Positions 9,740 to 17,816 of a stretch of 64,000 nt of DNA are shown one piece after another. The notes below the pieces were generated by a model. It was given only the letters and a program-made list of their open reading frames with translations. It was not told the DNA's origin and made no database searches. Both the position numbers and the translations under genes were made by a program. The stretch is taken from sequence record PQ451753.1. One strand, written 5' to 3'. Positions within the stretch are counted from its first letter, which is position 1. Every line of letters starts with the position of its first letter.

Positions 9740-12007
9740 ATGGCAAAACTAACTAAATTCACGCAGAGCCCTGCGGCTCAGCTGTTTAATCAAATCGGCA
9801 GCAACCTGATTGAAACTACTCGTGGTGACGTAGCGGATAAAAAGGCAGTTGGCTCAATCGTTGGTCTTGAAGGCTACAATGATGCTCCAGCGCACAACTC
9901 TCGTCTACAAACTGAAAGCCGCGTTGTTGACAAAATCAAGAGCACTATCGCACAAAATGGTGCTAAGTTCGGCATCGCTGCTGAAGAGTTCAGCGAAGCT
10001 CAGCTAGAAGCTGGTGCAATCGTACTAATGGCTTCAGGTGATGCACAAGCATACGCACGTGCAGCAATGACTGAAAGCTATCCTGCGCTTGAAAGCGGTG
10101 ATATCGAAGGTCCTGCAATCAACACTGGTGTTGGTGGTGTTATGGACTACGGTATGACTCCAGTTGCTCTAGAATACTTCACAGAGCAATCGCTAGACAA
10201 GCACATGGCGGCATCTTTCCGTTTCAACATGCAAGCGGCTCGTCAAGACCACTTCTCTGAAACAATCATGCCTACAATCGTAGCTGACCCGACTGAAGCT
10301 GGTCTTCTGATCGAAATCAAGAAAACGATGGTACACCGCGCGGTTCGTCACGCTATTAAAGACGAAGACAACCGTCCATACAACCGTCGTAACATCCTAG
10401 ATGGTGCTACTGACCACACTGTACTTGAAGACCAAGCAATTGCAGTTGTTCCTTACCGTCTTGCTGATGGTTCAAACGCTGACGAGTTCATCTCGGAAGA
10501 CTTGTACCAACCACGCGAAAAAGAAGTTGGCGATTACTCAGTACCTACTGCGCCTCTAGCGTTCAACAAACGCCACAACCTACTTCGCCTATCTGCGCAC
10601 CCTGGTCTAGTTACTTCTGGCGTTCTTGACGAATCAGATGAGCTAAACGGTCGCGTTGAGCTTGGTGAGCTATTCTTCACAGTTGGTAAGAAAGGCGGCA
10701 AAGCTGAAGACCTTCAGCTACTACGCATTAAGACTGCTAACCGTGCTCGTAGCACATTCAACAAGTCTCAAGAAGGTGACGGCATGGAAATGTCGCTTAA
10801 CTTCACTGGTTCAACGTTCACGCTTTCTGGCGACACAGTTGACGTAGACAACGCTAAAATCCTTGCAGCTGATGCTCTAGGTAGCAACGACTACAAACTG
10901 AACTTCACCGTTGATGTTAAGAACTCTCTAAACCTACAAACTGGTGTAGAGAAACCAATGGTTTCTGAAGTTGAAATCATCGGTCTACAAGACGAAGATG
11001 GCGACAAAGTAGGTCACGAGTCTGGTAAAGGTAAAGTTATCGTTGACGATATCGAAATCAAACCAGTAGGCTACACTTACCTAGCTACTCGTTCTAACGC
11101 TAACCGTCGTACTAAGGGTCTTCTAATTGACTCTGTAGTTGAGCGTGAGCGTTACAAAATCCAACTTGGTTCTCCATTGACTTCTCGTAAGCCAATCGGT
11201 CGTGAAGACAACAGCCAAGCTATCGAAGACCTGATCACTGCTGCACGTGTTCGTAACTCGAACCAATGTGTAACTAAGATTCTGAACGTAACAGAAGTTC
11301 TACGTGAAACTGTTAAGTCTATCGGTAAAGGTAACCAGTACGAAGTTCCTTCAATTGAAGGTGTTGGTCGTCACTACGTGCGCCCATGGTACGACGAAGC
11401 GAACATCAACGTTAACAACCTTGTGTCTACTCTAGACTCAAAAGACGTTGACGAAAACTTGACAGCGGTAATCCTAGGCATTATCCGTGAGCAAGTAGTT
11501 CGTGCAATCCAAGAGTCTCGTTTCCAACCTGCTCTTGAAATGCTGTCTGGCTACACCATGACTAAGCCACAAGTGATCATCGGTACTGACGTTGTTATCG
11601 CTAACTGGATTGAGCGTACTGCTGACAAGCGTACTCTTGGCGACCAGTTCAAGTACGAAGTTGTTACAACTAACGACAACCGTTGGCACGGTCGTATCCA
11701 GTGGTTCTTCAAAGTTGGCGAAGGCGAAGGTGGTCTAAACCCACTGAACTTCGGTAACCACATCTGGGTACCTGAGCTAATCACAGACACTAACCTAACT
11801 CGTAACGAAGGTACTGCGAACGAAGTAACAGTTCAACCTCGTAACACTCACATCGTTAACTGCCCAATCACTGGTGTTGTAAACGTTGAAGGTATCCACG
11901 AGTTGATTAACAGCCGTACTCCACAGGCATCTGTTGTTCTTGGACAACTGACTACTGGTGGCGACGACGCTGTTGTTGGTGACCTGATTCCTGATGCAGA
12001 AGCTTAA
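9740..12007 (+). CDS. Major capsid protein (phiKZ gp120-like)
   Basis: 755 aa; N+AARQD.F.E, IGTD, LNPLNFGN, NEVTVQPR..H motifs; S/A/G-x-E propeptide sites; very strong codon bias; strong downstream terminator. Confidence 0.92.
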   Translation: MAKLTKFTQSPAAQLFNQIGSNLIETTRGDVADKKAVGSIVGLEGYNDAPAHNSRLQTESRVVDKIKSTIAQNGAKFGIAAEEFSEAQLEAGAIVLMASGDAQAYARAAMTESYPALESGDIEGPAINTGVGGVMDYGMTPVALEYFTEQSLDKHMAASFRFNMQAARQDHFSETIMPTIVADPTEAGLLIEIKKTMVHRAVRHAIKDEDNRPYNRRNILDGATDHTVLEDQAIAVVPYRLADGSNADEFISEDLYQPREKEVGDYSVPTAPLAFNKRHNLLRLSAHPGLVTSGVLDESDELNGRVELGELFFTVGKKGGKAEDLQLLRIKTANRARSTFNKSQEGDGMEMSLNFTGSTFTLSGDTVDVDNAKILAADALGSNDYKLNFTVDVKNSLNLQTGVEKPMVSEVEIIGLQDEDGDKVGHESGKGKVIVDDIEIKPVGYTYLATRSNANRRTKGLLIDSVVERERYKIQLGSPLTSRKPIGREDNSQAIEDLITAARVRNSNQCVTKILNVTEVLRETVKSIGKGNQYEVPSIEGVGRHYVRPWYDEANINVNNLVSTLDSKDVDENLTAVILGIIREQVVRAIQESRFQPALEMLSGYTMTKPQVIIGTDVVIANWIERTADKRTLGDQFKYEVVTTNDNRWHGRIQWFFKVGEGEGGLNPLNFGNHIWVPELITDTNLTRNEGTANEVTVQPRNTHIVNCPITGVVNVEGIHELINSRTPQASVVLGQLTTGGDDAVVGDLIPDAEA

Positions 12008-12065
12008 TTATTAGGCTGAGTCAGTGTAATAAATAATATCAAGTATTAAATTACTGATAGAAATA

Positions 12066-12098
12066 GCGGAGAGGGCTTCGGCCCTCCCCGCTTTTTTT
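12066..12098 (+). terminator. Intrinsic terminator (cUUCGg loop)
   Basis: GCGGAGAGGGC-TTCG-GCCCTCCCCGC followed by T7. Confidence 0.85.
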
Positions 12099-12227
12099 GT
12101 GTCTTTATATAGAGGGATTTAGACCAGTCTTTTTTTACGCTCAGACGTATGTTTTGTATTATCATCTATGCAGATACCATTCAAAAACATCACGGATATA
12201 TTTTATCTATGTGGAGGTTGACCAAAG

Positions 12228-13295
12228 ATGATAAAACGTTTCGACGTAGAGCCGGAATCTTGTGACCCACATTCTCTTAGATTGCAGTTATCTACCAAGT
12301 TAGGGTTTGCTAACAATACTGGTAAGACAATAACCGTAATTCGTAGAGATGGTAGTGTGGACATAATTCCGCCAACTCTGTCGACATTAGGCGATCGTGG
12401 TCAGTTTGAAGTGATGTATAGTGTGAATGCAAGTCCGGCAGTATTGCAAGACATGCTAACATCTGGATACCTGTCAACCACAGAGCGCAAGATATACACA
12501 GAGTTAAAGAAACATGGTACCAACCTAGGCGGTCAACATGCATTGAAGTACACCGTACCTGCGGTGGAGCTTGTCGATATGGAAGGCGTCTATCTGGAGT
12601 CGCTTGATTTGGTAATTACGATGAGAACTCGTGACAATTTACCGAAGCATCCATATTCTGCATCGACAGGCATGGCAATGATTTCAGGTGACATGATAGA
12701 CGATGTATTTACATTCCGTCTAGCGATGGTAAATAAATTCAACACAGTGGGAGAGCTGTTTGTAAAGATATGTGGCACTACGGTTAAGATACCTAGGGTA
12801 GTTTCGGAAACATTACCTGATGGGATTTATGTATCACATGGAGTTGGTAAAGATGTAAAGATGCGACACTTCGCGTTCACGGATGAAGACATACCTTTCA
12901 CAATGTACAACACAGAGCGTGAGGCTGAACTGTATGGAGGTGAACTAACCTCCGCTATGGAGAAGCTAAATAAGCGCGAACGTGAATTTGATGAGAAGGT
13001 AAGGGCATGGGAAGTAGAGAAGCGAGACTTAATTGCTGAACGTGACCGACAATTACATCTAGCCGACGTAGATAAACAAATGCTTACTCACGTACTTAAT
13101 GAACAGGAGAGAAAACTTGAAAACATAAAGAAACGTGAAGAACACGAAATTAAGCTACAAGAAACAACTACAAAAAGCCGTGCAGATGAACAAGCCACGG
13201 TGCGGAAGAATACTACAGAATGGCTTAAGGTAGTACCGCACATCCTTGGCACTGTTACACTAGCGGCAGCAATGTACAACGGTGGGTCCAAATAA
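12228..13295 (+). CDS. Conserved hypothetical with coiled coil and C-terminal hydrophobic segment
   Basis: 355 aa; heptad-rich EKLNKREREFDEK region; usual slot between capsid and RNAP beta genes. Confidence 0.6.
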   Translation: MIKRFDVEPESCDPHSLRLQLSTKLGFANNTGKTITVIRRDGSVDIIPPTLSTLGDRGQFEVMYSVNASPAVLQDMLTSGYLSTTERKIYTELKKHGTNLGGQHALKYTVPAVELVDMEGVYLESLDLVITMRTRDNLPKHPYSASTGMAMISGDMIDDVFTFRLAMVNKFNTVGELFVKICGTTVKIPRVVSETLPDGIYVSHGVGKDVKMRHFAFTDEDIPFTMYNTEREAELYGGELTSAMEKLNKREREFDEKVRAWEVEKRDLIAERDRQLHLADVDKQMLTHVLNEQERKLENIKKREEHEIKLQETTTKSRADEQATVRKNTTEWLKVVPHILGTVTLAAAMYNGGSK

Positions 13296-14974
13296 TGTTT
13301 AAAGACGCATTCGACTTGATTTACAATAAGCAAGGCGACGAAGAGCGCATTCCGAAAATTAATCCGTTGATTGGTGAAGGTGTCGCATATCGACAAATGG
13401 TTGACCTCCATCTAACCATTCACCAACAGCTGTGCACTTTGTTGCGAAAGGATCGGGAGCCAGACTTACCTGAAGGGTTTGATTACATTGGCTATGAGAT
13501 TCTTACACCTGAAGAGGAGTATGAAGAACGTGGTCGTCGTAAAAACAAACAGTCGAATCGTGCAGGGAGTGCATCAGAAGGATTCCAATATCTACCAACT
13601 GATACCTACTATGTTCGGTTTAGCTTTAAAAATGGCGACAGTGTTATTGAACGTAACATGCAAATCCCATTCTTACGCCGTGGTGGTCTAATGCAGATAG
13701 TTGGCACTAAGTACGCCATCTCTCCAGTAATTAAGACACGCGGTGTTTCAACTACACCAAAAGGTTTCTTTGTATCATTCGATTCAAACCAAGTTAACTT
13801 CGAACGTAAATCACGTAGTTTCCTTGTGAACGGTACACCTCGTCACTACTATCTTCCTATATCGAACGACTTGCATCGATTTAAGAAGAAGGGTAGCAAA
13901 GCATTCAATCCACCATTGGTAGGTTGGTCATTTGCTAAATGGGGCGTAGTAGAAACGTTTAAGCGATACCTTGGCATTGACGTTGAGTTCTATTCTGATG
14001 ACGATTATCGTCTTCGTGAGTTGGACACAGAAGAGTATGCAGTGTGTCGTGCACCATTACCATACAAAGGTGAAACTCATACACAGTTTGCGGTTGTGCT
14101 TAAGAAAGCTGACCTGACCAAACATGCTGAGATATTCATCGGTACGTTGTTCTACATCTCAACATTCTACGGTAACCGTATTAATGTAGAAGTGATGGAC
14201 AACATAACGTTATGGCGTATTCTCCTTGGCTATTCTGTTCATGGTGAAGGTGAGTACAATGATCCTAAGCATCTCTTCATGATTAACAAGCACTTGACAG
14301 AGACGGTTGAGAAATACCTTGACCCAATCTTCCAAGCGCAGTTGCTTCAAGAAGGTTTAGAGTTCGACGACATCTATGAATTCTTCTTCTATATAGTAGA
14401 CCTATATACGAAATCGGGAAATCGTATTTCAGGTTCACTGGCAAACACTTGGGGTCGTTATCTAACTTGTGCAGAATACGTACTGGTTGGAATCCGACAC
14501 AACATCCGTAAGTGTATGTGGGAGCTGAAAGATGCTGCTAAGAACACCTTAACGGGAGAGTCTGGACTACCAGTCTCAAAACGTAGAACAGAAAGTATCA
14601 TCAACCGTAAGATTTCAGCAGACATTCTGACGAACATCTCAACGGGACACGGTGAAGTTGCGCCAATGCAGGTTACGTCCGACAACATGCTAATCGGTGT
14701 TACATCTCGTGCAATTGATGAAACAGATGCTAAGAAGACGTCAGGCTCAGGTAAGAAAGTGGTAGACCTGAATGACCCAACTAAGCATATCCATGCATCG
14801 TGGATTGAAGTAGGTTCTGTGGCAAACCTTCCAAAGTCAGCTCCGTTTGGCTTGGCTGTGTTGAACCCTTATCTTCAAGTCAATCAATGGGGTAAGATTA
14901 CCCGTAAGGATAGCAACCGTAAAGTACTGGATGCTACTCAAGCGGACTTACGTCAGAAAGGTCATGTCGTTTAA
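13295..14974 (+). CDS. Non-virion RNA polymerase beta subunit, N-terminal half (phiKZ gp123-like)
   Basis: 559 aa; IPFLRRGG..IVGTKYAISPV motif, H.SW.EVGS..NLPKS.P.G...NPY C-terminal motif; synteny after capsid gene. Confidence 0.82.
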   Translation: MFKDAFDLIYNKQGDEERIPKINPLIGEGVAYRQMVDLHLTIHQQLCTLLRKDREPDLPEGFDYIGYEILTPEEEYEERGRRKNKQSNRAGSASEGFQYLPTDTYYVRFSFKNGDSVIERNMQIPFLRRGGLMQIVGTKYAISPVIKTRGVSTTPKGFFVSFDSNQVNFERKSRSFLVNGTPRHYYLPISNDLHRFKKKGSKAFNPPLVGWSFAKWGVVETFKRYLGIDVEFYSDDDYRLRELDTEEYAVCRAPLPYKGETHTQFAVVLKKADLTKHAEIFIGTLFYISTFYGNRINVEVMDNITLWRILLGYSVHGEGEYNDPKHLFMINKHLTETVEKYLDPIFQAQLLQEGLEFDDIYEFFFYIVDLYTKSGNRISGSLANTWGRYLTCAEYVLVGIRHNIRKCMWELKDAAKNTLTGESGLPVSKRRTESIINRKISADILTNISTGHGEVAPMQVTSDNMLIGVTSRAIDETDAKKTSGSGKKVVDLNDPTKHIHASWIEVGSVANLPKSAPFGLAVLNPYLQVNQWGKITRKDSNRKVLDATQADLRQKGHVV

Positions 14975-14996
14975 GAACGATTGAAAAGACCATTAA

Positions 14997-15007
14997 ATAT
15001 ATATCAT
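14997..15007 (+). promoter_or_regulatory. Early promoter core (copy 2)
   Basis: ATATATATCAT upstream of 15060 ORF. Confidence 0.7.
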
Positions 15008-15059
15008 TAATTTGATATCACGCACCAATTTAATATTTACATCTATCTAGGAGATAATC

Positions 15060-16916
15060 ATGTCTAACCTTATTGACTCACGTGACCTTAAAGAAGCACT
15101 AGCAATGGCGTGCAACTTTTTGGATGACACAAATGACCGCATCGAAGAAGATGTTGCCGACATTGTGTTAGCCAATGATGGTCGTAACCGTGATATGGAG
15201 GATTTCGCTAAGAATTTTGAAACCGCCATTACTTACATCGACTTATACAGTCGTGAGAAAAAGCGTAGTTCTGTATTCGACAGTGATCGTGAAATGGAAG
15301 CTGCGGTTGGCAAAGCGTTAACGTTGGCAGTGGCTGCATTTGTTGCTAGTGATAAGAGCCTCAGTGATAGCTTGAATGATCGTGATTACGAAGACATCAT
15401 GGACAATGCTGAGAAGCTTGAGAAGATGGAAGATGCGCTTGAAGAATTAGAGCGTGAGGTTGAAGACCGTGGACGTCGTGGTCGACGTGACCGTGATGAC
15501 CGTGGTCGTGGTCGTGACCGTGGTCGCAGCAGTAGCCGTCGTAGTAGCAGTCGCCGTGACCGTGAAACAGGTCGTAGTAGCACCCGCACAGATTACCGTC
15601 GTAGTCGTAGCGATGATCGTGATGATCGTGATGAGGGACGTCGTTCTCGTCGTTCTCGTGACGATGAGCGCCGTAGTAGTCGTGGTGGTAACTACGGTCG
15701 TAAAGACCCATCTAAGCGCGAGACGCGTGAAGAAACTGGAGCTGAAGAAACTATGAATGTAGATCCAAGTGAAGTTCTTATCCGCGTACCTCGCCGTGTT
15801 CCTGTGAAGGAGTCTATTGTTAAACCAGACGCACTTCCAAATGAAGTAGCTAGTCGTGTGTACAACCCAACTACTCATGGTACTTACGCAATTGCAGGTG
15901 ATACTGGTGTGTACCGTGCAGTACTATCCCATGAAGAGGAAGATGAAGTGGAAAACTACGAAGCGCATGAACTGAATCGCTCTCTAGTTAGTCATGACCG
16001 TAAAGGTGAGCGTATTGTACCGCTTGCAGATTTCCGTGGTGTTAAAGACCCATCTGATGACACTCCTGTCGAAGGTGAGCCACCTCGTGAACCTACAATC
16101 ATTTACGGTGAGCGCATTAGCTGCGTATCAACAGGTGAACGTGTACCGACACATGTACTAACTGGTGTACTGAACGATGAAGCAGAGTACCAAGTAGTAA
16201 ACATGAATAAGTACATTCCGTTGACTGCACTATCTAGTGTTGTTGATTCAGTGAATGATGAAATTGGTGACCTTCCATCGTTGAAGCGTTTCAATGACTT
16301 CTACAACTGGATTACTAAGGCACAAGAGAAGAAAGAAGATCTAACGTCTCGTAATGACCGCTTTGCAATGCTTGGCTGTCTGAACGAAATGGCTTCTCGT
16401 CTAACTACTCTAGCTAACAACCTGTTCAGCATTGTATCTAATATTCCGGGTATGGATAACATCCTTGAAGATTGGCCAAGTGCTCAGGCATGGTTGCTTA
16501 ACCCAGAGCAAGCTGATGTGTACTCTGCATGGCAAGAACTGGAAGCATCTTACCTACGTCACAACTTCGCAGTACTATCTGAAGAAGAAGTAAACGAAGC
16601 AGTGAAGAAAGGTGAGCTTACTCAACCAGATGTTGAAGGTAAAGACATTAAGAATCTATGGATTCGTGCTAAACAATTCGTCGTCCTAGTTGACGGTGAC
16701 ATTTCTGGTACAGTTCAAATGTCTGACCCTACGCTTCCAGCTAAGGTTGATTACGAACTAACCCCAGACTTCCATACTGCATGTATGAATCTGGTACAGT
16801 ACCGTAACCGTAACCTGTCAATGGCAGACATCATTCTTATTGATGCAGTTGGTTCGCAATACAGCGTACTAGCTAATAAGAATCAGGTTCCAGTAATCAA
16901 AGTACGTTTACTTTAA
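15060..16916 (+). CDS. Conserved protein with central Arg/Asp/Ser low-complexity region
   Basis: 618 aa; GGAG RBS; ~85-aa RD/RS/RG repeat tract between two ordered-looking domains. Confidence 0.75.
   Translation: MSNLIDSRDLKEALAMACNFLDDTNDRIEEDVADIVLANDGRNRDMEDFAKNFETAITYIDLYSREKKRSSVFDSDREMEAAVGKALTLAVAAFVASDKSLSDSLNDRDYEDIMDNAEKLEKMEDALEELEREVEDRGRRGRRDRDDRGRGRDRGRSSSRRSSSRRDRETGRSSTRTDYRRSRSDDRDDRDEGRRSRRSRDDERRSSRGGNYGRKDPSKRETREETGAEETMNVDPSEVLIRVPRRVPVKESIVKPDALPNEVASRVYNPTTHGTYAIAGDTGVYRAVLSHEEEDEVENYEAHELNRSLVSHDRKGERIVPLADFRGVKDPSDDTPVEGEPPREPTIIYGERISCVSTGERVPTHVLTGVLNDEAEYQVVNMNKYIPLTALSSVVDSVNDEIGDLPSLKRFNDFYNWITKAQEKKEDLTSRNDRFAMLGCLNEMASRLTTLANNLFSIVSNIPGMDNILEDWPSAQAWLLNPEQADVYSAWQELEASYLRHNFAVLSEEEVNEAVKKGELTQPDVEGKDIKNLWIRAKQFVVLVDGDISGTVQMSDPTLPAKVDYELTPDFHTACMNLVQYRNRNLSMADIILIDAVGSQYSVLANKNQVPVIKVRLL
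15470..15700 (+). repeat. Low-complexity coding repeat (CGT/GAC/GGT/AGT-rich)
   Basis: Encodes DRGRRGRRDRDDRGRGRDRGRSSSRRSSSRRDRE...; source of spurious overlapping ORFs. Confidence 0.8.
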
Positions 16917-16929
16917 TCGAAATAGATAG

Positions 16930-16970
16930 CAGGTAGGGATTCGTCCCTACCTGTACTATTCTTCTTTTTT
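16930..16970 (+). terminator. Intrinsic terminator
   Basis: CAGGTAGGGA-TTCG-TCCCTACCTG then T-rich tract. Confidence 0.75.
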
Positions 16971-16988
16971 TGGAGATAATAAAAACAA

Positions 16989-17774
16989 ATGGCTAACATC
17001 AATAACCTAGATATCCAAGCTGCACGCCTAATGGCTGCTATTCGTTCCACAGCACCGTTCTCAGTACACATGTTTGAGAATAACACAATTGGGTTAGTAA
17101 GCGGAGAATCAGAACGTCAGAACTATACAATGCTTAAACAGAGCAATGATGGTTCGTTATCTAGGTCAGGTATCTACTACGGTAAACTTACCGACGCACA
17201 CTACTTATCTAAAGTGGCACCACTACTGTTCAATGGCTACTACATTAAGGAGGAAGGCGTATACGCTGAATTTGAAAGTGGTAGTTCACTTATCTTAGAT
17301 TTTAAAGACATACTGAAGAAGTTGAAACGCGTACCAAATGGTTACTCCTCAGGTATGATGCTCAACGCAATGTACAACAAGTATGGTAAGCAAGCATCTA
17401 ATCTATCTGAAATCATTTATGAGTACCGTAGTCAAATGACATTGAATGGCGTGTACATCCGTGATGGCGGCATTGTGTTTAACGATCAGATGCATACCGC
17501 TGTACATGATTTAACTGGCGATGAACATACAGAACAAACCGTCCTAGAGTCCGTAGAAGCCACCGGATGTCTCAAGAATCCTAGAGACTACCAATGGCTC
17601 GTAGACGAGTTTATTAATAACCAATACATTATGTCAGATGAACAAAAGAAACACCTTACACGAGCAATGAATGCGATTATGTACATCATTCGTAGTGGTC
17701 TAACCGTAGAGAGTGGCGACATCGTCAACATTCACGGTCATAGACTGCCGACGAATATTTTCTTAACGGCATAA
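16989..17774 (+). CDS. Hypothetical protein
   Basis: 261 aa, GGAG RBS. Confidence 0.6.
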   Translation: MANINNLDIQAARLMAAIRSTAPFSVHMFENNTIGLVSGESERQNYTMLKQSNDGSLSRSGIYYGKLTDAHYLSKVAPLLFNGYYIKEEGVYAEFESGSSLILDFKDILKKLKRVPNGYSSGMMLNAMYNKYGKQASNLSEIIYEYRSQMTLNGVYIRDGGIVFNDQMHTAVHDLTGDEHTEQTVLESVEATGCLKNPRDYQWLVDEFINNQYIMSDEQKKHLTRAMNAIMYIIRSGLTVESGDIVNIHGHRLPTNIFLTA

Positions 17775-17775
17775 T

Positions 17776-17812
17776 AGAGAGAGGGCTTTCGCCCTCCCTC
17801 TTATTTTTTTTT
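17776..17812. terminator. Terminator between convergent genes
   Basis: AGAGAGAGGGC-TTTC-GCCCTCCCTCT plus T tract. Confidence 0.8.
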
Positions 17813-17816
17813 GTGT

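Noticed and set aside
15386-15878. Four overlapping alternative-frame ORFs (His/Asp-, Thr-, Val-, Arg-rich)
   Set aside because: Shadows of the RD/RS low-complexity tract; no RBS
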